From Acidobacteriota bacterium (GTDB lineage Bacteria > Acidobacteriota > Vicinamibacteria > Marinacidobacterales > Marinacidobacteraceae), in assembly GCA_022826195.1 (NCBI GenBank), contig JAJDVI010000094.1, positions 70,714 through 134,713 of the forward strand: a DNA stretch of 64,000 nucleotides, read 5' to 3'. The translations under genes and the position numbers were made by a program. Below are positions 23,151 to 32,459 of this stretch, piece by piece. The notes under the pieces are model-generated. The model had not been told where the DNA came from, did no database searches, and saw only the letters and a list, made by a program, of their open reading frames with translations. How positions within the stretch are numbered: position 1 is the first letter of the stretch; each line of letters begins with the position of its first letter.

Positions 23151-23522
23151 TCAGTCCCCGGCGCCGGAGTCGCCGCGCCCGGTGTCTCCAGATCCGAGAA
23201 CGGGTTCTTGCGTCGCCTCGGATTCCTCTTCGTTCCGCTTCGTCCACCAGCGGCCGATGAGCAGGCCGGAAAGCGCGGTGGCGAAGGCCCACAGGGCTTG
23301 CCGCGCACCCTCGTTCTCGTAGGTGTAGACGGCGAAGAGCAGCAGGCCGACGACGACCAGGACCCACTCCCGTTTCGTTCCGATCCCCAGCAACTCCTTC
23401 CACCACGGCGGATCCGGTTTCGGTCCGTCCGGCGCCCGCGCCTGCAGGTCCCGCCGGAACCGCTCCCGCTCCGCCAGCATGCGGGCGCGGGTGGAGTGGG
23501 GGTCGCGTCCTCGAGTGAACAT
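23151..23522 (-). CDS. Hypothetical small membrane protein
   Basis: ORF with a single TM segment (WVLVVVGLLLFAVYTY); the internal ATG start was chosen to avoid overlap with the TPR gene. Confidence 0.35.
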   Translation of the reverse strand: MFTRGRDPHSTRARMLAERERFRRDLQARAPDGPKPDPPWWKELLGIGTKREWVLVVVGLLLFAVYTYENEGARQALWAFATALSGLLIGRWWTKRNEEESEATQEPVLGSGDTGRGDSGAGD

Positions 23523-23616
23523 GGGCGTCGTCGGTACCCGATCCGGGCCTGCCCGATGTATAGCGCAGCGAGCGTTTCGAGCCGCCGGGCGCCGGCCGCC
23601 TGGAGGCGTAACCGGA

Positions 23617-24756
23617 TCAACGGGGAGGTTCCGGCCTGGTCCCCTCCTCCCGGTTGAGAGCCTCAAAGCGTTCCAGCGCCGCGGCGGCCCCCTCCTCGTC
23701 GCCCAGCCGGCGCCGCGCGAAGGAGAGCTGGTAGTAGGCGTCGGCGTAGTCGGGGGCGTAGCGGATCGCGGTCTCCAGGAGGCGGGCCGCCTCCTCCGCG
23801 TCTCCCCGGCGGAGCGCGATCTTCCCGAGGTTGAGCCACGCCTCCGGGAAGTCCTCCCCCTGTTCGAGCGCGCGCCGGAACGCGGCTTCCGCCCGGTCCA
23901 GTTCCTGGCGGCGCAACGCCGTCAACCCGAGGAAGTGGTGGGCCCGGCGAAGTTCGGGGTCGAGAGCGATGGCGCGTTCGAGGCGGGCCTCGGACGCCTC
24001 GAAGTCCTCGCCGCGCCAGTCGAGATAGCCCAGTTGCAGGAGCGTCTCGGCGTCGTCCGGCGCGAACTCGAGGTGCCGCTCGTAGGCGGCCCGGGCCTCC
24101 TCCAGACGCTCCTGGCCAACGAGCGCCGCCCCGAGGTCGGCGAAGATCGCGGGATCTTCCCGGTAGCCGAGTTCGAGCGCCCGTTCGAGGCCCGCCTGGG
24201 CTTCCGGCCAGCGTTCGACGCGCAGGAGCAGACGGCCCAGGAACCGGTGCATTCCCGGATCCCGCGGCGCGAGTTCGACCGCCCGCCCGGCCGCCTCCAC
24301 CGCTTCGGGGAGGCGTCCCGCCTGGTCGAGCACGGCGGCGGCGAGATAGTGGGCCTCGTACCGGGAGGGTTCCATCTCGGCAACGGCCTCGAGGTGTTCG
24401 AGCGCGTCTTCCGCTTCCCCGAGCTGTCCGAGCGCCTGCCCGAGCGCCAGCCGGCTGTCCACGAACTGCGGCGCCCGCGCCACCGCCCCCTCGAGCGGCG
24501 GCACCGCGAGTTCGGGCTCCCCGGCGAGCAGCCACATCGCCCCGACCTGGTGGAACGCCGGGACATCCCAGGGCCGATCCACGAGGAACTCGTTCAGGAG
24601 CCGGGCCGCTTCGTCGCGTTCTCCGGCGGCGATCAGGGCCGCCGCCTCCTCGAAGACCGGCTCCGGCGGCGGTTCCTCCTGCCCGAAGGCCGCCACGGCT
24701 GAAAGCGCCCACACGGCGGCCGCGAGCCGGAGAGTTCGGAGGGCGCCCGTCCGCAT
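23617..24756 (-). CDS. TPR-repeat protein with signal peptide
   Basis: Signal peptide MRTGALRTLRLAAAVWALSAVAAFGQ followed by about 9 TPR repeats. Confidence 0.75.
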   Translation of the reverse strand: MRTGALRTLRLAAAVWALSAVAAFGQEEPPPEPVFEEAAALIAAGERDEAARLLNEFLVDRPWDVPAFHQVGAMWLLAGEPELAVPPLEGAVARAPQFVDSRLALGQALGQLGEAEDALEHLEAVAEMEPSRYEAHYLAAAVLDQAGRLPEAVEAAGRAVELAPRDPGMHRFLGRLLLRVERWPEAQAGLERALELGYREDPAIFADLGAALVGQERLEEARAAYERHLEFAPDDAETLLQLGYLDWRGEDFEASEARLERAIALDPELRRAHHFLGLTALRRQELDRAEAAFRRALEQGEDFPEAWLNLGKIALRRGDAEEAARLLETAIRYAPDYADAYYQLSFARRRLGDEEGAAAALERFEALNREEGTRPEPPR

Positions 24757-24779
24757 GAGACACAATCGGCGCCGACCGG

Positions 24780-25967
24780 ATGCCTGAGCGAACCCGGCCG
24801 CGCCGCCGCCCGGATTATGCCGCCCGCGGTGTCTTCGCGGCGCTGCTGGTGGCGGGCGGCTGCGGCGAGCGGGCGGAGGAGGAACCGCGTTCAGCGAACC
24901 CGGCGCCCCTCCCGGAAACCCCGTCCGGTGTTCTTCCGGCCGAAGCCGATGTCCTGCCGGTCGGCGGCGACATCCAGCGTCCGGAGCGGATCCGGTTCGA
25001 ACCCCCCGCCTACCCCGAGTCGGCGCGCCAGCGGGGCGAAGAGGCGCTCGTCATCCTGGAGCTGACCGTGGACCGGGACGGCAGGGTGGCGGCAGCGCGC
25101 CCGCTCCGGGGACCCGAGGATCTGGGGACCGCGGCGGCGGAGGCGGCGCGCCGCTGGGAGTACGAGCCGACGCTCGTGGCCGGCGAGCCCACCGCGGTGC
25201 GGTTCGCGGACACCATCCGCTTCGTCCTCCGCCCGGCCGGCGGCCACGGCATGCGCCTGCCGCCGGGCGCTGCCGCGGCGGGGCCGCGCATCGACGCGTT
25301 CCCCGACTGGGAAGTCTCCGGGCACGCCTTCACCGCCTGCCCCTGCGACACTCCCTGCCCCTGCCGGTCGAACGGTCCCCCGTCGCACCCTCCCTGCCAC
25401 GCCACCACGGCCACCGAGATCACCGCGGGCCACTACGGGGGTCTCGACCTCGCCGGCTCGCGGTTCGTCACCCTCGGCCCGGAAACGTGGGTCGCGCTCT
25501 ACCTCGACGAGGCGATGGGGGAGCCGCGGCGGCGGGCCATCCTCGGCATCTTCCGCAGCCTGGCGCCGGGCGCGCCGCAGCGCTACCGCGCCATCCGCCG
25601 CGTTCCCCTTTCCATCGACGCATCCCGGAGTCCGGGAGAGATCCTCCGCCGCGCCCTCATTCCGGGAATCCTGGAGATGGAGACCACCCTGCCGCTCGAG
25701 GACGGCCGGCTCGCCGGCCGGATTCCGGGAATGGACGTCTGGTCGAACGAGATCGCCTACGGCCGGACGGGCGTCTACCGTTTCAACGACCCGGAGATTC
25801 CCGCCGCCTGGGATCACAGCGGCCGCCAGTCGAACGCCAAGGAGTTCACCCTGAACCTGGGGATGTATCGGGAAGGCCGGATGCTCATCCAGCACGCCGA
25901 CGGCTCGGGGGACTGGACGGACGCCCAGCAGGCCCTGTTTTCCTGCGCCCGGACCCGCTCTCCCTGA
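24780..25967 (+). CDS. Lipoprotein with a TonB C-terminal domain fused to a Cys-rich DUF1326-like domain
   Basis: Lipobox LLVAGGCG. The TonB_C-like segment is PAYPESARQRGEEALVILELTVDRDGRV. The C-terminal part contains WEVSGHAFTACPCDTPCPCRSN...ITAGHYGGLDLAG...LYLDEA. Confidence 0.6.
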   Translation: MPERTRPRRRPDYAARGVFAALLVAGGCGERAEEEPRSANPAPLPETPSGVLPAEADVLPVGGDIQRPERIRFEPPAYPESARQRGEEALVILELTVDRDGRVAAARPLRGPEDLGTAAAEAARRWEYEPTLVAGEPTAVRFADTIRFVLRPAGGHGMRLPPGAAAAGPRIDAFPDWEVSGHAFTACPCDTPCPCRSNGPPSHPPCHATTATEITAGHYGGLDLAGSRFVTLGPETWVALYLDEAMGEPRRRAILGIFRSLAPGAPQRYRAIRRVPLSIDASRSPGEILRRALIPGILEMETTLPLEDGRLAGRIPGMDVWSNEIAYGRTGVYRFNDPEIPAAWDHSGRQSNAKEFTLNLGMYREGRMLIQHADGSGDWTDAQQALFSCARTRSP

Positions 25968-26003
25968 CCCTCCCCACGGGCCCGAACGACCGCGGTACCA
26001 CTC

Positions 26004-26036
26004 TTGCCTGAAGGTGGGTGCGGCATGTGGTATAAC
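26004..26036 (+). promoter_or_regulatory. Putative promoter (TTGCCT ... TGgTATAAC extended -10) upstream of an approximately 220-nt leader
   Basis: An AT-rich island in otherwise GC-rich DNA about 225 nt upstream of the TonB-dependent-receptor start. The 21-nt spacing is suboptimal for a -35/-10 pair. Confidence 0.25.
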
Positions 26037-26257
26037 GGCGCTTCGGTGTGGAAGGCCGATGGAGGCTACGGAGCCGCAATACGTTCACAGATGGGGGGTT
26101 CCCCGCGCTCAGGCCACTCGGGAACCTCCCGCCCGCGCCCCCGTCTCCCGTTCTCCGAATCCATCCGTTTGGAGACACCCCGTTGCCGGGTGAACCAGGC
26201 GGCCCGTCCCCCTTTGTATCCGCGAATCCCGCGTCCCCGATCCCCAAGGAGGGTCTC

Positions 26258-29074
26258 ATGAGGAAGTCCTTGTCGCGAAGCCTCGGCTTCGCCTTTCTCG
26301 CCATTGTGCTTACGGCTTCGATGGCGGCCGGACAGACGCAGACCGGAACCGTCGAGGGCACCGTCGTCGACGGCACCGGTCAGGTGCTGCCCGGCGTCTC
26401 TGTGACCCTGTCCGCCGAAGGCGGCAGCGAGGTAGCGGTCAGTTCCGGCACGGGCACCTATCGCTTCTTCGCGGTTTCCCCGGGCATCTACACGCTTCGC
26501 TTCGAACTCGGGGGCTTCCAGACCCGCATCTACGAAGAGGTGCGCGTGGACATCGCCCGCACCACCGGCATCGACGTGACTCTCGACCTCTCCACCGTCG
26601 AGGAGACGGTCACGGTGGTCGGCGAGGCGCCGCTGCTCGACACCAAGAGCACCGTCATCGGCGCCACCTTCGACCAGAGCCTGCTCGAAGAGGTGCCGAG
26701 CGCCCGCGACGTCTGGTCGCTGCTCGAGCACCAGGCGCCCGGCGTCACCACGAACCGCCTCGACGTGGGCGGCAGCGAGACTGGCCTCCAGGCCGTCTTC
26801 TCGGGCCGCGGCACCTCCTGGGGACAGAACAGCTACTACCTGAACGGGGTGAACGTGACCTGTCCCGCCGCGCTCGGGGCCAGCGGCTACTACTACGACT
26901 ACGACAGCTTCGAGGAAGTCCAGGTCGAGGTGGGATCCCACCCGGCCTCGGTGAACGCTCCGGGCGTGTACCTCAACATGGTGACCAAGACCGGCGGCAA
27001 CGAGTTCGCCGGCTCGCTGGGGGCCTTCTACCAGAACGACGCCACCCAGTTCGACAACTTCTCGAGCGAGCTGGAGGCGACCGGCGCCACCGCCTCGGAG
27101 TTCGACTACCTGAGCGACTTCAACGGCCAGATCGGGGGCCCGGTGGTCCGGGACCGCTCCACCTTCTACTTCTCCTTCCGCGACGAGAAGGTGCACCGCT
27201 ACGTCTCGGGCGTCACGACCGTCACCGAGGACACCGACATGCGCCAGTTCGTGCTCAAGAGCGACACGGACGTCAACCAGTCCAACAAGCTGAGCCTCGA
27301 ATGGCACGAGATGACCTATTGGAAGCCGCGGCGCGGACTCGCCGAGTCCCGTCCGCCCGAGGCGACCTGGATCGAGGACGACACCTTCCGGATCGTGCAG
27401 GCAACCTGGACGTCGACGCTGAGCGACAGCGCCCTGCTCGAAACCCGGTTCTCGCACCTGAACGTCTTCTTCCCGACGTATCACTCCGAGGAAGCCCAGG
27501 CGGCGGGCCTCCAGGCCGGTCAGGACGTCGGCCTCGGGATCTTCCTGAACGCCCGCGACTACAACGTGGAGCGAAAGCGGAAGCGCTACTCCTACAAGAG
27601 CGATCTGACCTACTTCGCCGAGGAGATCGCCGGCGCCAACCACGAGTTCAAGATCGGACTCGAGTACTCGCACAACCCGATCCGGAACGAGACCACCGCG
27701 ATCGACGACGTCTTCATCCGCTTCAACAACAACGTGGCCGACCAGGTGTGGCTGAGGAACACTCCCCGTCACGACGGACAGACGCTCGACCAGACCTCCG
27801 CCTACATCGACGACATCATCACCTCCGGCCGCTTCACCCTGAAACTCGGGCTTCGCTGGGACCGCTACCACGGCTGGCTGCCGGAGCAGAACAGTCCCGA
27901 CGGCCGCTGGTGCACCACCGCGAACGGCTGTCCCCGCGACTTCGCGGCGCGGACCGGCATCCTCGACCTGTCGAGCTTCGCCCCCCGCGTCGGGGTCGTG
28001 GTCGGGCTCGAAGAAGGCGGCCAGAGCGCCTTCAAGGCGAGTTGGGGCCGCTACTACCACCAGTTCTCCACCGGCTTCGCCAACTTCGTGAACCAGAACG
28101 GCGCCCTCACGAACCGGTACGAGTGGACCGACCTGAACGGCGACCGCCAGTTCCAGGACGGCGAACAGGGCACGCTGCTCGTCAACGCGTTCGGTGCCGA
28201 AGCCGCGGTGAACACGGTTTCCCCCGATCTGAAGCACGAGTACACCGACGAGATCACCATGAGCCTCGAGCGGGAGTTCGCCGGCGACGTCTGGCTCTCG
28301 GCGACTTTCAGCCGGCGCACCAGCGACGACAAGTCGGATGTGATCAACCTCCTGGCGCCGGACTCCGCCTACGAGTCGATGCAGGTGCAGGATCCGGGGC
28401 CGGACAACATGGTCGGGACCGGCGACGACGGCGGCATGCTCACGGTGTTCAACCTGCCCGAACATCTCGTGGGCCAGAGCCAACTGCAGATCGCCACCGT
28501 GGACAAGTTCGAGACCGACTACAAGGGAGTGGAACTCATCGCCCAGAAGCGGTTCTCGAACAACTGGCAGGCGCTCGTGTCGTACACCTGGAACGACACC
28601 GATACCTGGACCCGCGGCGGCCAGTGGGAGAACACGAACCCCGGCATCTTCGGGAACCCCAACTCCCAGGTGAACGCCCAGGGCAAGTCCTTCTACGACC
28701 GGACGCACCAGTTCAAGGCGATCGGCACCTGGCACGCCCCCTTCGGCTTCCGGGCCTCGGGGGTGATGCGTTACCAGACCGGCGCCCCGGTCGGCCGGAC
28801 CATCTTCGTGAGCGGCCTGAACCAGGGCGGCGCCTCGATCCTGGCCGTGCCCGTGGGGACGGAGCGGCTCGACAACGTGACGACCTTCGACATCGCGCTC
28901 TTCCGCGATTTCCAGGCCGGCCGCTACCGCATCTCGCCGGAGTTCAACCTGTTCAACATCACGAACCAGAACACGGTGACCGCGATCAACACCTCGAGCG
29001 GCGCGAACTACGGGCGGGTCGCCAACTACCTCTCTCCCCGCATCGCGCGCTTCGCGATCCGTATCCACTTCTGA
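26258..29074 (+). CDS. TonB-dependent receptor-like outer-membrane protein with N-terminal CarboxypepD_reg domain
   Basis: A good RBS (AAGGAGGG) precedes the internal ATG giving MRKSLSRSLGFAFLAIVLTASMAAGQ. The product has a signal peptide, a CarboxypepD_reg region (GTVEGTVVD...VTLS), a plug/barrel body and a C-terminal ...RIHF aromatic terminus. Confidence 0.8.
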   Translation: MRKSLSRSLGFAFLAIVLTASMAAGQTQTGTVEGTVVDGTGQVLPGVSVTLSAEGGSEVAVSSGTGTYRFFAVSPGIYTLRFELGGFQTRIYEEVRVDIARTTGIDVTLDLSTVEETVTVVGEAPLLDTKSTVIGATFDQSLLEEVPSARDVWSLLEHQAPGVTTNRLDVGGSETGLQAVFSGRGTSWGQNSYYLNGVNVTCPAALGASGYYYDYDSFEEVQVEVGSHPASVNAPGVYLNMVTKTGGNEFAGSLGAFYQNDATQFDNFSSELEATGATASEFDYLSDFNGQIGGPVVRDRSTFYFSFRDEKVHRYVSGVTTVTEDTDMRQFVLKSDTDVNQSNKLSLEWHEMTYWKPRRGLAESRPPEATWIEDDTFRIVQATWTSTLSDSALLETRFSHLNVFFPTYHSEEAQAAGLQAGQDVGLGIFLNARDYNVERKRKRYSYKSDLTYFAEEIAGANHEFKIGLEYSHNPIRNETTAIDDVFIRFNNNVADQVWLRNTPRHDGQTLDQTSAYIDDIITSGRFTLKLGLRWDRYHGWLPEQNSPDGRWCTTANGCPRDFAARTGILDLSSFAPRVGVVVGLEEGGQSAFKASWGRYYHQFSTGFANFVNQNGALTNRYEWTDLNGDRQFQDGEQGTLLVNAFGAEAAVNTVSPDLKHEYTDEITMSLEREFAGDVWLSATFSRRTSDDKSDVINLLAPDSAYESMQVQDPGPDNMVGTGDDGGMLTVFNLPEHLVGQSQLQIATVDKFETDYKGVELIAQKRFSNNWQALVSYTWNDTDTWTRGGQWENTNPGIFGNPNSQVNAQGKSFYDRTHQFKAIGTWHAPFGFRASGVMRYQTGAPVGRTIFVSGLNQGGASILAVPVGTERLDNVTTFDIALFRDFQAGRYRISPEFNLFNITNQNTVTAINTSSGANYGRVANYLSPRIARFAIRIHF

Positions 29075-29098
29075 GCGAAGTCACTTCTTGAGAGGTCT

Positions 29099-29128
29099 GG
29101 CCGCCGGTCCCTCCGGGGACCGGCGGCC
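29099..29128 (+). terminator. Strong GC hairpin (13-bp perfect stem GGCCGCCGGTCCC / GGGACCGGCGGCC) after the receptor gene
   Basis: Read directly. There is no U-tract, as expected in high-GC genomes. Confidence 0.5.
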
Positions 29129-29140
29129 GCCGGCCGCACG

Positions 29141-30253
29141 GTGAACCGACGCCGGGTCCTGGCGGCGCTTGCGGCGTCCGTAGCCGCGTACCCGTTTCGG
29201 GTCAGCGGTAGCCAGGGCGGCGTCCTCCCGTGGAGCGATCTCGAGCCCCTTCCCTCCGGCACCCGAGCCCGCTACACCGACCTCACCCGCATCACCGGAG
29301 AGACCGTCCCGGACGGGGAGTTCTTCGTCCTCCACCACGGCGAGGTCCCGGATCTCGCGGCGCCGGCGTTCCGGCTGGGGATCGGCCACCGGGGCGCTCC
29401 TCCGGTCCGCACCTTGGGGCTCGACGAACTGGCCGGCCTCCCACGCAGGGAAGCGGTGACGGCCTTCGAGTGCTGCGGGAACGGCGGCATCGGGATGCAC
29501 GGCCTGGTGGGCGCCGCCCGCTGGAGAGGGGTGCCGCTCGCGCCCCTCCTCGAGGGACTCGTCGACGCCCACGCGCGCGAGATCGTTTTCTTCGGCGCCG
29601 ATCACGCGGAAGAACGCCTCCGCGGGAACCGCTATCCGGGCCGCTTCGCGCGGAGCCTGCCGGTCGCCGACGCGCTCGCCCCGGAGGTGATGCTGGCGGA
29701 CACGATGAACGGGGAGCCGCTTCCCCGGGAGCACGGCGGACCGCTGCGGCTGATCGTCCCCGGGTTCTACGGAGTCTCCCAGGTGAAGTGGGTGGAGCGG
29801 ATCGAGGTCTGGCCGGCCCGGTTCGCCGGCTGGTTCCAGGCCAAGGACTACGTCACCGTGCGCGGGACGGAAACCCCCTCGGGCATCCTCCACACCGCGA
29901 GCGCCATCGGCCGGATGCGGCTCAAGTCCATCGTCACCCGAGTCGAGAGCGTGGCCGGCGGGGATCTCTCGGTCCACGGGCTCGCCTGGAACGACGGCGC
30001 CTCCGGGATCGCCGGGGTCGAGGTCAGCCTGGACGGCAACCCGTTCGAGGGAGCCGAACTCCTTCCCGCCGCGCACCGCTTCGGGTTCCGCCACTTCCGG
30101 CTCGCCTGGCCGGCGCCGGCGCCGGGAGAACACCGGCTCGTTTCCCGGGCGCGCGACGCCAGCGGCGTACAGCCGACCGAGGAGGAGGCGTCGCGTTACA
30201 AGGCGACACCCTGGGAGAACAACGGCCAGGTCGTGCGGCGCATCCGGATCTGA
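29141..30253 (+). CDS. Sulfite-oxidase-family molybdopterin-dependent oxidoreductase (MsrP/YedY-like) with Tat signal
   Basis: Tat motif MNRRRVLAALAAS. The Oxidored_molyb region contains ...FECCGNGG...HGGPLRLIVPGFYG. Confidence 0.75.
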   Translation: MNRRRVLAALAASVAAYPFRVSGSQGGVLPWSDLEPLPSGTRARYTDLTRITGETVPDGEFFVLHHGEVPDLAAPAFRLGIGHRGAPPVRTLGLDELAGLPRREAVTAFECCGNGGIGMHGLVGAARWRGVPLAPLLEGLVDAHAREIVFFGADHAEERLRGNRYPGRFARSLPVADALAPEVMLADTMNGEPLPREHGGPLRLIVPGFYGVSQVKWVERIEVWPARFAGWFQAKDYVTVRGTETPSGILHTASAIGRMRLKSIVTRVESVAGGDLSVHGLAWNDGASGIAGVEVSLDGNPFEGAELLPAAHRFGFRHFRLAWPAPAPGEHRLVSRARDASGVQPTEEEASRYKATPWENNGQVVRRIRI

Positions 30254-30270
30254 CCGGAAGTACGCGTTTT

Positions 30271-30290
30271 CGCTCCGCTGCCGCGGAGCG
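30271..30290. terminator. Hairpin (GCTCCGC-TGCC-GCGGAGC) between two convergent genes
   Basis: Read directly; TTTT precedes it on the plus strand. Confidence 0.35.
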
Positions 30291-30317
30291 ATGCCGGCCG
30301 GAGGCCGGCGCTCCGAA

Positions 30318-31637
30318 TCAACGCGCCCGGGGCGCGGCGATGCCGAAGTCCCGGAGGGTGCTCTCCATGGTCGGCTTCTTCAGGCGGATGCGCTCGTCGT
30401 TCAGCAGGTAGGAGAAGAGATAGCCCCCGCCGAGCATCAGGATGCCGATCAGGAAGCAGTACATGACCGCCCGGTCGGGATAGGTGTCCTTCAGGTAGCC
30501 CACGTACATCGGGCCGGCGATCCCCGCCGCCGCCCATGCGGTGAGGACCGCGCCGTAGACCGCCGACATCCGGCGGGCGCCGAACGTGTCCAGGATGAAG
30601 GGAGGCATGGTGGCAAAGCCCCCGCCGAAACACAGCAGGACGTAGCAGACGAGCACCGAGAAGACCCACGGATTCGTCTCGGTCATGAGCACGCCGAAGA
30701 CGACCATCTGCGTCGACAGGAGAATCCGGAAGACGTTCACGCGGCCGATCCGGTCCGAGAGGAGGCCCCAGAACAGCCGGCCCACGCCGTTGAAGAGCGA
30801 ACTCACCGCGATCAGGGTGGCCCCGTAACCGGCCAGCACGGCCGGTTCCAGCGAGGGGTCGGCGAGACTCCAGACCTCCTGGAGCAACTCCGACTGGAAG
30901 CTGATGATGGAAATGCCGGCTGCAATGTTGAAGAAGAAGACGACCCAAAGGAGCAGGAACTGCCCCGTCTTCAGGTAGGCGCCGACGGACTCGGGCTCGT
31001 CGCTTCCCGGCGCCCCGGCCGCCGCCGGTCCGCCCGCCGCCGGAGCCGGCGGCGGATTGCTCATCAGGAGACTCGCCGGGATCAGGATGACCGCGAAGAC
31101 CGCGCCCAGCCCGAAGAACACGAGCGGCAGGTCACCGGCCGTCTGCACCACCAGAACGGGGGCGAGCCCCTTGCTGAGCAGCAGTGCGCCGACGCCGAAA
31201 CCCATCACCACGATCCCGGTCGCGAGCCCCTTCTTGTCGGGAAACCACTTCGCCACGGTGGCGACCGGCGTCACATAGCCCATTCCGATCCCGATCCCGC
31301 CGACCACGCCGTAACCCAGGCAGAAGAGCGGCACGTTGTCCATCTGGAGCGCGATCCCGGCGATCAGGTAGCCGGCGCAGAACAGCGCGCTGCCGGCCAG
31401 GGCCAGTTTCCGCGGTCCCACCCGTGGAAGGACCTGCCCCGCCCACGCCGCCGAGACGCCGAGCGAAAAGATGGCGATGCTGAACGCCCAGGCCGTTTCC
31501 GTGAAGGTCCAGCCCAACTGACGTACGAGCAGCGTCTGGAAGAAGCTCCAGGCGTACACCGTTCCGAAACAGAGCTGCAGCACCGTACAGACCGTTACCG
31601 CCAGAAGGCGGGCAACGTTCGGCGGAAGCTGCATCAC
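30318..31637 (-). CDS. MFS transporter, oxalate/formate antiporter (OFA) family-like
   Basis: 12-TM MFS topology with OFA-like motifs (GYLIAGIALQMD..., FGVGALLL). Confidence 0.75.
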   Translation of the reverse strand: MMQLPPNVARLLAVTVCTVLQLCFGTVYAWSFFQTLLVRQLGWTFTETAWAFSIAIFSLGVSAAWAGQVLPRVGPRKLALAGSALFCAGYLIAGIALQMDNVPLFCLGYGVVGGIGIGMGYVTPVATVAKWFPDKKGLATGIVVMGFGVGALLLSKGLAPVLVVQTAGDLPLVFFGLGAVFAVILIPASLLMSNPPPAPAAGGPAAAGAPGSDEPESVGAYLKTGQFLLLWVVFFFNIAAGISIISFQSELLQEVWSLADPSLEPAVLAGYGATLIAVSSLFNGVGRLFWGLLSDRIGRVNVFRILLSTQMVVFGVLMTETNPWVFSVLVCYVLLCFGGGFATMPPFILDTFGARRMSAVYGAVLTAWAAAGIAGPMYVGYLKDTYPDRAVMYCFLIGILMLGGGYLFSYLLNDERIRLKKPTMESTLRDFGIAAPRAR

Positions 31638-31693
31638 TGCGGTCCCTCAGCCGCCGGAGTCCGTTCGCCTCCGGACACGGCGCGCGCCGGCGC

Positions 31694-32458
31694 TCACGCC
31701 GCCGAGCGCGCCGCTCCCGGATCCGGAAGCGCCTCGGGGCCCGAGGGCGGCCGCGTCCGCGACATGTAGAGGATCAGGCGCGCCAACTGTCCGACTTCGT
31801 CGTCGCGCTCGAGCAGCTTCTCGTTGGCGACGACGAGCGCTCGTTCCTCCGGAGGGTGCCGGGCAGTCTCCACCGCGTAGGCGAGGAGCGCGGCTAGTGG
31901 CCGCGCCACGAGGTTCACCAGCCAGATGGACGCCAGGATCCCGACCACGAGCAGGATGGAGATCAGGTACACCTGCTGGCCGATCGCACGCTGGATCTTC
32001 AGCGCGACCAGGTCCAGGTCCATCCCGAGATGGACCGTTCCCGCCACTCCGGCCAGGATGGGGCTGCTGACTTCGAGGAAGTCACCCATCCCCGGCAGGC
32101 TGCGCTCCACGGGTTCCGCCTGGAAGGGGTCGCTCTCCAGGATCGCTTCGGGAATCCCGGGCACGAAGGTGTGCGCCAGGAACTCGCCCGTTTCGTCGGT
32201 GATGTAGATGTAGCGGATTCCCTGCACTTCGAGGAACTGGTCGATCAGCGATTGCAGGGTCGCGAGGTTCCGGTTCAGCAGGATGTCGACACTCGCGTCG
32301 GCAATGGTCTTCGCGATGCTCTGGGAGTTGGCGGCGTATTCCGCCGAGAGCTCGGTGTCCACCGTCCGGATGCAGAGCAGCGAGGTGGACAACACGATCA
32401 GCCCGAACAGCGCGAAGATGCCGAACCGCATCCGTTGGAAGAGTTTGTGAACTTTCAT
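31694..32458 (-). CDS. Membrane sensor-domain protein (two TM segments flanking a periplasmic domain), hypothetical
   Basis: TM1 FGIFALFGLIVL and TM2 VYLISILLVVGILASIWLV flank a periplasmic region. Its ATG lies 1 nt from the upstream substrate-binding-protein stop. There is no recognisable output domain, so it may be a truncated sensor. Confidence 0.5.
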   Translation of the reverse strand: MKVHKLFQRMRFGIFALFGLIVLSTSLLCIRTVDTELSAEYAANSQSIAKTIADASVDILLNRNLATLQSLIDQFLEVQGIRYIYITDETGEFLAHTFVPGIPEAILESDPFQAEPVERSLPGMGDFLEVSSPILAGVAGTVHLGMDLDLVALKIQRAIGQQVYLISILLVVGILASIWLVNLVARPLAALLAYAVETARHPPEERALVVANEKLLERDDEVGQLARLILYMSRTRPPSGPEALPDPGAARSAA

Positions 32459-32459
32459 G

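Noticed and set aside
26048-26257. Upstream ATG (MEGRWRLR...) as the start of the TonB-dependent receptor gene
   Set aside because: The internal ATG at 26258 has a strong RBS (AAGGAGGG) and is followed by a classic signal peptide. The upstream 70 codons are Pro/Gly-rich junk.
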